Origin: Amoeboaphelidium protococcarum X5
Lineage: Eukaryota; Fungi; Aphelidiomycota
Direction of reading: 5' to 3'
Assembly: GCA_023515725.1 (NCBI GenBank)
Contig: JALDTO010000266.1
Span: forward strand, 1,982,729-2,046,728
Length of the DNA: 64,000 nucleotides
The position numbers were made by a program, and so were the translations under genes. The notes under the pieces were generated by a model. It searched no databases. It had not been told where the DNA came from and saw only the letters and a program-made list of their open reading frames with translations. Numbering within the stretch: position 1 is the first letter of the stretch; every line of letters starts with the position of its first letter. This document shows positions 27,989 to 39,023 of this stretch, in pieces.

Positions 27989-29938
27989 TCACTTCAATGA
28001 TGCAAAAAGCTAATCTACGGGAATGGATGACATGAGGGAACTTTATCTTCTTCTTCTAGTGTACGAACCTAAGGCGGTTAGAAAGTTATCACCATTGTCG
28101 GCCAAAGTTGATGTGGTATTACCATTAGAACCACCATCAAGATCAAATTTGTCCAACTAATTCAAATCTGGCATCTGACCATTTTATACTGAGGACAGCA
28201 TTGGACTTTGTGGGAAGAGTGCGCTCGGGCTGGTACATGCAGACGGTGGATGCGACGCGTCTTGAATGAAATTCGACAACTCTGCAATATTCATCGACAC
28301 TTTTCTAACTCTTTTCGCAGGCATAGTGGTCTTCTTCTATTGTTGATGAGATTCTGCCGCCAATAACAAAGCATGTTGTTGACTGCTGCACTCTAGGGAA
28401 TGACATTCATGACAGCTACAATCAGACGAACCATCAGATACCTGATTTTTGTGCTGTTCTCTACTCTATTACTACAACTGTCCTACATTGGCCAATAGCG
28501 TCTAATGAATAGATTTAGAAACATTCGAAGAGCTCCTCACAGCTTTACTTAATTTCAATACTGGTGCAGATGGCTTTCTAGATCTTCTATAGAAAGTGCC
28601 AATCGGTATCTTATCCCAACGAAGTTGCAGCGGAGTTGCTGGCGGAGACATTGGCATATCGCCATCATTGTCTGAGCTCTCGAAATTCAGCATATCATCA
28701 ACACTGGCGGCCATCTAATTCCAATATGATCCAGAAGTATCAGAGCCGGCACTTGCTTGCGCGTTCTTCTGAACATGCTTAACATCTTTACAAGTAGCAG
28801 GAGAGGTTATATCTTTAAACAAATCTTCGCTCTCACTCTGCATAGACTTTCGCTTTCTGCTCTTTAGATCTCCCTAGTTGTGGCCGGATATCTGGTTTAC
28901 ACTGATAGCTTCTGCCTCCAATGCCTACAGCTTCTTGGCCTCCTTGTCAATCGATAGAAGGCTTCCCTTTGATTGATTAGACTGCGACTTGGCCTGGCGT
29001 ATCAAATTCACAATAGACGGATTATTAACCAGATGCTATGCAACAAGCTCACTCACCTTAATTCCACGTTACTCCAAGAACTATTGTACAACATCTACTG
29101 AAATTTCATCTTCATCTTCGGATACCGCGCCTCTTTTGGTATCAACCTTCAAACTTCGCTTCTAAGTTTTACGCTGACATATAGCAGTTTTAGTATCCTA
29201 TTGAGATACATTTTCAACTTCGGAATTGTGATCAAAAGATGATGATGATGATGATGAACTATCAGACATGGTTCTCTACTCTTCATCAGACTCTAGTCCT
29301 TAATTCTTGATAGCTTGTTCTTCTTTGTGAAGCTCAATAGATGAATCAGACTCACCGGCAGGATCGTCGCCTTCAACATCGGAGGATGTGAATACAACTG
29401 AGCCAGAGACTTCAGAATAATCGTAGTCAGAATCAGAGCCACCGCGTTCAGCCATAGAGGAATCACCTTGCTTTGATGTAATAAGATGCTACTAGGACTT
29501 GTTTGAGGAAGAATTGACGCAAGCCATTGACGGCGCGCTTGAAATGTCGCGACTGAAACTTTCAAACTTGGCGCCAAAATCAGACGCGCCGATTGCGCCA
29601 CGCGAGCCGACGGCCGAGTCATCGACATCATCAGCAATATCATCGCCAGTGCCACTCTTACATTGCTTACACTCAAACTGTTGTATCAGTTCATCACTGT
29701 TCTTCTACGCATTCAAGTTTCGGTAATTCAGGCCTTCACAGCGAAGATGAACGTAATCTACACACAAAGAGATACACATGCATGATTAAAATATGACGAA
29801 GTATACAACAGACTTACGCTTGCAGTGTGAACACAAGATTAACCAATCTTTTTTGTTTTATCCTGAGCAAAGGTTGCATTGTTGATTCTTTACAAACAGC
29901 TAGTCTTCAATATCAGCTTTCTTGATATTCTACGTCAT
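27989..29938 (-). CDS. PHD-finger protein with long acidic/low-complexity body; intron 29758-29817
   Basis: After splicing, CNLC...CSHCKHYVHLRC...CKQC gives the C4HC3 pattern; downstream D/E/S-rich tracts; TGA at 27989. Confidence 0.8.
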
Positions 29939-30582
29939 TTTTCGTTTCTTTTATAGCGGACTTTATTCAATCAGATAAATACAGACAGATAAATAGATAA
30001 TGTAAAGCGCAGTGCAGATAGTCAATGATCAGATTCTTTACAAGTTAATGCTCAACACGGAAAAGAAAATCACAAGTATACGAATAAAAGATAAACCAGC
30101 ACAGCGTCAATCAACTACTGCAGTACAGAATATAATGAGATCAGAGTCGTTAGTGATGAGAGAAATTAAAACGGAACTGCGCCTCTTCTTGAGAAATCGA
30201 GCTCCTGTCAGTTAAGGGGTCAATAATTGGGTGCTAATGCTGCGTGTGAACTCTCGCTCGCGATTTCTGAGAGCGCTTGTACCCCTAGATCTAGAAGTCG
30301 CAATATTTGTGACTCATATCGGACATTTAGTGTATATGAATGATATAGAATTTATTTCAGTCGATAGATGTTGGACATGGGTAGTTCTATGATAAGTTTA
30401 ATAAGCTTTTGTCTACTGTGGTTCATTCTCTTTCAAATCATTGATACTGACGCGCATTTGATTTCTGATTGCAGCGATGTTAGGGCCGTGAAACTTCTTG
30501 AAAACTAAACAAAGGCCAATGATATTACGATATCAGACAAGTAAAACATCAATTTTATTCTTTATTTTTTACTAAATACAAT

Positions 30583-31272
30583 TCAATTATGTGAGCGAGA
30601 ATGTTTTCTACCACTAATGGATTTGCCTTATGACTTACCGCTGAAGCTGTTTTCACCGCTTTGACTAAACTCGAAATCACTCAAGGTGGGTCCATTCAAG
30701 AACGGAGAGTCGGCGTCACTTATAGCGTCGTAATCAAATGCATCCATGGGTGGTAGATCCATGCTTCCAAAATCAAAGTTCAAACTATTCTCACGCTCAG
30801 GGACTCTCTTTTGACGCTTGTTGTTCGATATTTGGGACGTGGAAGACATCTGACGACCTCTTTTCAACGGCAGCATATTGTCATTAGCATCTGAGACAGT
30901 ATCCGCATCTTCGTAATCACCGTCTGATGTTGCGAAAAGATCAGAAGGCAGACTTGGTAGCGGTTCACTAAAATCAATCTACTCCAGAGCTTTGGCTACG
31001 TCAAACTAGTTTCCATAAGGTGGTTGAGACATTGATTATTATTATAGCGATTGCGATCTACCTCTGAGAAATGATGGAGACTGCTTAAAAGGGGATGGTC
31101 TCTAACCATACTGCGGTTGCAAATCGCCCTGATACATCTACTCAGATTTACCAGAGTTAACAAGCTGATTCTGGCCATCAAACACTTTTCCAGCAAAGGG
31201 GGACTACATTGGCACACTTGACACCGCCGCCAAATTAAGCAGACACGCGATTGCAACAGCCTTTAAACTCAT
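30583..31272 (-). CDS. Orphan secreted protein (229 aa) with signal peptide and bipartite NLS-like motif
   Basis: MSLKAVAIACLLNLAAVSS|VPMQ; frame checked TGA-free; LKRGR-x11-KRQKR flanked by acidic, Phe-rich segments. Confidence 0.75.
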
Positions 31273-31534
31273 AATTTCTATTTAATTTTCTAGGTAATAT
31301 TCTGATTAAAGTGAAAGTAAAAAGCGTACAATACAGCCTTAAAATCTAAGCCGCCAAGTGTGAAGTTGAACCATGCTTAATGTAACAACGTGGCAAAATT
31401 CATGGTATCATGCCACGCCGTAACACGCTTAGGATTTTCCGCCCATTTGCCTAAAAAAGTCACTGCTAGCTATAAATAGAGACTAAAAATTTGAACGATG
31501 TCTCTATTAAATTTAAATTAACGTAAATTTACCA

Positions 31535-32416
31535 TCAGATGGCGCGTCTGCGGTATGAAGACATCACTTCACCTACATCTCTTTACTGCTTCGGTACAAC
31601 ATTATCTTCTTCATCATTCTCAAAGTCGGACAACACCTCGTGAGCGTACAAATCCTTCTCTTCGATTGGCTTTTATTTCGGACCTGCAACTTTACTTACA
31701 TCATTGCTAGACTGGCTTCGCTATAATTCACCGCGTTCGACACTTACGTATTTCGAATGCTCAAAGTCCTACGATTGTGCACTGTAAAGCAGATCATCCA
31801 AGTTTTCACCAATATCCATGAAATCCGCTTATAGATAACTAGACAGGCTCTTATCTCCCAGTTCGTCTTTCAATGTCTAATGGGAGTCTTTAATCAGATA
31901 ATCCTAGTCTAAATATTTTGCGATATCTGGCAAGATATTAGATGATCCACCCTGGTAACTCAAAGGGCTAAAATCACGATTAATCTGATATAAGCGCTAC
32001 TTAGGCTCAAGGTTCAACCGATGATTTATTTCCTAAAATCCAGTATTAGATTTCTTTGACTAATCTCCATGTCTCTATGGAATAACATCGTTATCAGCTG
32101 CATTAAACGCGTTCATATCATTAGCAATTAGGTCATTTTTGCCAGTATCAAACGCTTTTAAATCATCAGCATAAGGATCTTCTATAGCAGAAATAAACGG
32201 ATATCTTTCAGCCATCTGCGACTATGCATGCGCATTATCCACCAATAATTCTTCATCTGAGGTAGGATCGGCAGAATTAAAAAGGTTTTGAAATTAGTCG
32301 CCCGATTGATTCTCACCGATAGGTATCCATTCCAGCTAACTACTGCTAAGCATTGGCAAGCATTATACCTAGGACAGAAGAAGCAGCGCTTACACGATAT
32401 GAAAATAAGCTTTCAT
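31535..32416 (-). CDS. Orphan acidic secreted protein (293 aa; absent from ORF track)
   Basis: MKAYFHIVQALLLLSQVQC|LPM signal-peptide-like start; frame translated fully with no TGA until 31535. Confidence 0.72.
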
Positions 32417-32585
32417 CTTTATTACTAGGATATCAAATAAATTACTCGCCTTTCTTAAGGTATGAAAAAACAGGGCAGAAAAACGTGTGAAAATCGCGAT
32501 CAAAAGCATCAAGTCCCGAAACACGGGAACTTCAGTAATCACAGATCAGTCTATTGGTATATTGGCTACAGCAAATTTCACAGCA

Positions 32586-33656
32586 TCATAGCCTTACACA
32601 TAAACCATCAAACGCGGCATAGACTCGCCGGCCATCAGAATTATTTGGCTAATTACATTCTTGATCAAGCCGCTATTGCACCACTGAATGCTCAACTCTG
32701 TGACTGAATCCGGTTAAAAGTCCAAAATCAACCTTGTATTTTGAAAGGTGTTACAGAGCCTGTTCAATATTGAAGTGAGACGGATGTGGTTTGTCATGAA
32801 GAGCATCTATTACCATCAGCGAAAACTATTCAGCACCATCTGCAGGACAAAGATACTTTTTCTCGACAACATCCGGAACCTTGGACGCATCTGAAATGTA
32901 AACCAGCGATGACGAACCGTCCCGATCGATAAATTTGTACCCAAGACAATAGAATGGATCACTTCCCAACTTTCCATGTTCGACATTCAATGGTTATATA
33001 GTTATTCCAAAGAGCTTTATAGGCGCATACAAATCAACACTATCCACAGTCTAGTCCACAACAAGATAATGGAATTTAACGCCAGCGACATCACCGCCAC
33101 CCGATGCAAACTTCTTATCAACCAAGTACGGAAATACATTATTGACATGTCGAAATGTATCGCTATTCAGATAAACATCTATATGTTATTAGACCGGCTA
33201 CTTGAGAACCAATTCTGAAGGTTTATGTTTATTCACAGCCTTTGCAGATGGCAGAGTCCATTGGCGCAGATCATCCATACCCAGCATGGCATCAGCGTGG
33301 GAATGAGTAAGCAAAACAGCATCAATTCGCCTGATATTATATCTCGGGCACCAGCGAATAGACTAGTTATAAAAAGTCTTCCCGCAGTCAATAAGGATAT
33401 TCCTCAGCACACCCTCTTCATCCAATATTCTAACCACAACACTAGTATTGTTTCGAGCATTCTTACTCGTAAGAGGATTCTCATATGCATCCCAGCACGC
33501 CCGGCATCGCTCATCTTCCTAACTTATCTACGCTGGATCAGTCAAACAAGCACAGCTGGGAACTCCTCCAGATGTTCCAGTGCCAAAGAAAGTGAGTTCC
33601 TTAATGTTGGTGAATTTCCCATTTTACTGGATCTATCTGATGTAATCGCTTTGCAT
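32586..33656 (-). CDS. Metallo-beta-lactamase-fold hydrolase, PhnP-like (absent from ORF track)
   Basis: [57 protein letters not shown]. Confidence 0.92.
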
Positions 33657-34208
33657 TACGTTTAAGATTTCCTTGCCGTCTGAAGAAAGAACCGCCGCCC
33701 GATAAGTCGAGTGTTTCAATCAAGATCAACAGGCACTGAAAGCTTAAAACAAATCCATCTCTTTTGCGTTAGCCGAATAGAAAACATCACATCTATCATT
33801 ACATTTACTGCTTTTTAATAATTCAATTCTAAGAGATGGCATATAGTTGTCGCTCTTGATCGAGCAAAAATGAGCATGCGATTTAGGAATTACAAGTCCG
33901 CGAAGGATACCAAGCAAGCGAATTACGTTAAGAATGGCTCCCTGTAGATTTACCTATAGATCAAGTTTATCTAAAGCTTCTGTAAGCTCTCTTACAGCCA
34001 TCTGATATACCGAAAAATAGTGCATGATTCACACGTAATTTCAACACCTTTTCCATTGATCAGGTCAGAACGAAACGATAATCATTCACCGTAATCACAC
34101 ATTGCAGCTTCTCTTTCTTTTATAGTCGTTGCCTGTCTCTACATTCACAGTTTTTTTGCCGATTACTTGACGGCGACTACTGTCTAACAATAAAACAGGC
34201 CTTAAAAG

Positions 34209-36338
34209 ATGCAAGGTTTCCATTTCGCTGGTGTATCCGCTGGTAAGAAGCATACATTGGCTATATCGTTCAATGACGGTGCTTTCACTGTACATCAGCT
34301 ATTTGTCTCCTTTGATGAGTGTACTCTACTGCGCGCTCTCTCTGATGCCTTCAAACAGTACTAGTCCTCTCTGAATAGTAACGAGAATTTGGTCGCCGTC
34401 GGGCTGGATGACGGGAACATTACTAGACTGTTGGAAGGCATGGATGGGTGTGAACATCGCCTGGATGATATTTGTAGTCAGTTGTGGTTTGAAATTGACC
34501 TAATCCCATTCGTGTTTGATGCACACGACTACACGGATTCTAAACGTGATTTGATCATGGAGCAGGCAGAGTCGATGGCGCGAAAGTGTTCGGAAGCTTT
34601 CGGACCTCTTGGTATGCCCAAGTTGAGATTTAATGCCTTGTCTCAGGTGCTGATTGATTATGATAACCACATACGGCTATGTAATTTAAAAGACTATGAG
34701 AATTGGTTGAAGAATGTAGTTGTTTTAGGGAGCGATCTGCCTGTCGGTGATTATAATTTGGAGTGTAGCGGGTAGTTGGTGTGGGATGCTTTGCTCAGTT
34801 TAAGTTAATAATTTAAAGCTCGTAAATTGAGAATGTCCTTCTTTAATGCCACCGCTCAGGGTGGAGGTGTAGCTCTTATGAGGCATGCTTTAGTTCGCTT
34901 ATTTCGTCTGTTGGATATCGATATAAAATGGTATGTTCCTAAGCCAGATGCAACCGTGTTTAGGATTACCAAGAATAATCATAATCTTTTACAGGGTGCG
35001 TATGATGATAAGAAGATTGTCGATGGTATGCAGAACAGTGATGGAACTCAAGATCTTGATGGTAAATGTTACGAGTTTGGTGCCAAGTAGTAGGATATTT
35101 ACGAGGACTGGGTAGCGATGAACTGTAATAGATTCTGGCTGGACGTGTTTAAGGAAAGTGATATTATTGTTCTGGATGATCCTTAGACTGTCGGTTTTGT
35201 TAAGCATATAAAGTAGGTGAACACTGATGCCAAGATCATCTATCGAAGTCACATTGAGATACGAACTGATCTGATTGACCGGAGCGATTCTCGCCAGGCA
35301 GCTCTCTGGGAATATATGCGTCAGTATATTGATTAGTGTGATTTGTTCTTATCTCATCCGGTGCAGAGCTTTGTACCTAGATCTCTTATTGGCCAAATGC
35401 CCGTCAAGTATATGCCTGCATCGACGGATCCTCTAGATGGGTTGAATAAGAAATTAAGTCTAAATTAGAGTCGCAGATATCTTGAGATTTTTAATCACAT
35501 CTCCATCAATCAGTGCGGGAATGAGCTAGAATTCTTAACAGATGGAAGGCCTTATATCATTTAGATTGCCCGATTTGATCCATCCAAAGGCATTCATGAT
35601 GTAATTGATTCTTATTGCATTTTTCGAGAGAGATTATCTCAGGATGATCCATCTATAGATCCAGTTAAAGTTCCTCAACTAGTAATCACCGGACATGGTA
35701 GTATTGATGATCCAGATGCGAAGATTATTTTTGATCAGGCCGTGGATCATATTAATAACTCGTAGCGAAATGCAAAGTATTAGAAGGACATTCTATTGGC
35801 TAGGATTTATCCAGAAGATCGTATATTGAATGCTCTGCTTACGAATAATATCTCGGACGGTGGTGGATGTGCAGTTTGCCTTTAATTGTCTCATCATGAG
35901 GGATTCGAGGTGAAAGTTACCGAGGCTATGCGGCATGGAGTCCCCGTTATTATTTATGAAAGTGGTGGACTTGGGCTTTAACTACCTGCTGACTATCCAT
36001 ACATTGCAAAGACTGGTGACATCTAGCAGGTGGCGAATTTTATGCATAAACTAGTGTTTACTGATTGTCGTCGAAAAGTGTCATAATAATGCCAGCAATA
36101 TAGTCAGCGACCCGAATTTTGGACTCCTTTCCAAGCAGTCAATTGGCTCTGGCTCGCCTTATCTGTCACTGGTAATATTTCTCATAGTGATAAGGACAAA
36201 GCTTCAAGTATTGTTAGCGAAAATCACGGCAATGATGGATTGTCAAGAGGTCCTACTGCAGAGTTAGACAGTAAAGACTAGCCTTTCCACTATGTGAAAT
36301 AAGAATGGATAGATCATATGAAAAGCATTGAACGATGA
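34209..36338 (+). CDS. Fungal-type trehalose synthase/phosphorylase (GT4, CCG-9-like)
   Basis: FFNATAQGGGVALMRHAL, FRITKNNHNLLQG, DDPQ(TAG), IYRSHI, PASTDPLDGLNK, Q(TAG)IARFDPSKG, GHGSIDDPD, EGFEVKVTEA. Confidence 0.93.
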
Positions 36339-36375
36339 AATGCATTTAATATATATTACTTTAGGACCTCTTTGT

Positions 36376-38625
36376 TCACATCAGATTGCAGTTTCCAGTC
36401 TCTGGAGTATCAGGCTGAACATCAGTAGTCGCTGAATTAAGAGCAGGCATAGAGACTGACTACGACATATTAAGAGGAGACTATGCAAGAGCATTCGATC
36501 TCGGTCTCTGTATATCAGTCCTCTTCCGAATGAGTGGCGATGGTGATTACTCATGATAATGAGCCGACTTGGTATTTATTGTTGGATCAGATAAATCTCG
36601 CCGCAAATTAGATCTCATACGGGGAGGTGGTACAGAGCTCGATGGGCCATCAACAATGCTGCCACTGTTAAGCGTCGATGAAGAATTGCCACCCATTACT
36701 CCGCGCCAACTAAAACGAGACACACTTCTATCACCACTTTCACCGCGAGTGTTACTATTATTATTATCATTCACTTAAGGTGTTCTGGAAGGAGATCTAA
36801 CATACTTGTTCAGAAATGCTTTGGACAATTCTAAAATAGCTGGACTCACGCGGCCATCATTGTCAGCACGACCGGATCTTTATCTCTGCTGTTTACCACC
36901 AGTTCCTCCCACAGAGTCATCATCCAAACGGGACATGAATTCGTACGCATCCTTTGTACTCCACAATTGCAATTTTTAGGCAAATTCATCGCGAAGCATA
37001 TTAATCTCTTTCCTAAGAGCGATATTATCTTTGAGAAGGGAAGCAACTTGAGCAGTTAATGTGCGCACGATTCGGTAAGATTATTTGTCTATCGCCATCG
37101 GAGGACTAGCTAGTACAGGACACTGTGAGGCCGACATTTGACCAAAAACAGCTGCATTCTTAACCAAAGGTGGACTAACCAGTTATGGCTATTACTATTA
37201 TTAATTAGGCGACGTTGGCAATGACTAGATAGGAGGGGATATACCGTCCTACTACAGCGACTGTTGTTGCTTCTACGAAAGTATCAGAATAGACTTCCAC
37301 AGACCATCATCTCCAGCAGATTCATTGCGAGCGAACGATGTAGGAGATATGGCCGCACCACAAATCTCAGACTCCAAGCCATCTAATATTCGCAATGAGA
37401 GCCCAGTGAGGTAGGTAAGATCAAACGTCTTCCTCAAACGTCGATTAAGATTTAACGGAGCAGTCTACTTGATTCTTTTATGCATGCTCTATATATTCTT
37501 GGTAAGGGATTCAATAAGTGGCGCAACACTTGGATCGAGCATTGCACCTCTACTTCCTGCATTCAGGTTAATACTAGCAGATTCTAGTGGGGTAGTAACA
37601 GACTACAACTACGGCTGATCCGCAGTAACTTCAGTAGATTATAAAACATCTATCTTGAGTACTTCTCTACTAGATGACTAAAGTTTCTTCTATCCTCGGC
37701 TCACATTATTATCCATAAACGGAGATACCAATTCATCATCATCATCTGCATTATCATCATTCATCGCCCTGATAGGAGTACTACTATGGAGAGCATCGTT
37801 CAAATCAGCCAAGATGGACTTATGAGGAGTGTCCAGATTATTGTCAATCGAGCGACCATGATCACCTTGAGCCATAAAAGACTCTTCACGCAGAGAGCTC
37901 AGCTCTTACATAGAATCATTAAACTTTTACTCCAAATCAACCTTCTCCGCATTCAATTTATCATTCAGTGTCGACAGCTCTCTTATTACATCAGTCATGG
38001 CTTAAACTTGCTACTCCATCTCTAAATACTTTTCGTTATTACCAACACGTGGACTATTAAAATTTTACGAAGATGAAGATACTTCAATATTCAACTGATC
38101 GGCTCTTGATGATAACTAATCCCCATGAAATCTAGAAGATCGCTTCAACTATGCATTCTGAACTCTTAACGCGGATAACTCCTGCTCCAGCTTGAATATA
38201 ATATCATCCTTCTCCACGTCTATCTGAGCCTGCCTGTACGCAGTAATACTATTTGAAGATGGAGATTTAATAGGCGTCGAATGTTATTATCTCTATAATG
38301 ATTAACCGCCACCACTTTACTCTACATCTCCACTCTAAACATTCACTGCAGACTCGAGCCGAATAATCTCCTCCTTCTAATCATTAACCTTATTCTCCAA
38401 GTACAATATTCTACTTCTCAGTACTTGATAATCTTTCTGCTGACTCTACAATTAATCCCTCTCCGCCTCTAAATCTGCCAACTTGGACTGCAGTCGTTCC
38501 TAAGCTCTAATCAATGAGGTTCCCAGCTCTGAAGCAATCCTCAAATCCTTCTCCTTCTCTCTATTATCCTTCAAGAGCCTGGGATACAGATTCACAGATA
38601 CATTACATCCACTCGGGCAGTCCAT
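36376..38625 (-). CDS. Coiled-coil protein (749 aa) with N-terminal CC1-box-like motif and C-terminal CaaX (CNLM)
   Basis: EKEKDLRIASELGTSLI near the N-terminus, extended heptads; ends PETGNCNLM-TGA; frame spot-checked TGA-free. Confidence 0.8.
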
Positions 38626-38781
38626 AATATTGCTGTATTCTCAGAATACGTGGTGATATCAAGAGAGAATCAAGTACACGTAGACTCACTGGGGCGACTG
38701 GATAAATACTCTGCGACAATCAACCGCAGCAGACGAGAGCGGACGGAAAGAAAAGAAAGAGCACGGCGAAAGTTGTACTGA

Positions 38782-38789
38782 AGAGAGAC

Positions 38790-38820
<31 letters not shown>

Positions 38821-38832
38821 GAGAGACAGAGA
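38782..38832. repeat. GA/GACAGA microsatellite in divergent promoter
   Basis: Read directly; lies between the CC1-box gene and eIF5B. Confidence 0.9.
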
Positions 38833-39023
38833 TGGAACTAGCTCGGCTGTCTTTCGCGTCTATCTTCGCGTCGTTCTTTCCTCTCTTTTTCGGTTGAGAT
38901 TTCATCGTCTTTGATCAACTCTCTCTTTTCGTTCTTGATATATAGAGCGGGCTGAGATTTTTTATTATCTAGAGTGTCTTGAATCGTTAGTCTCTATTCC
39001 TTTATAAAATCATTTAAAGCAGT

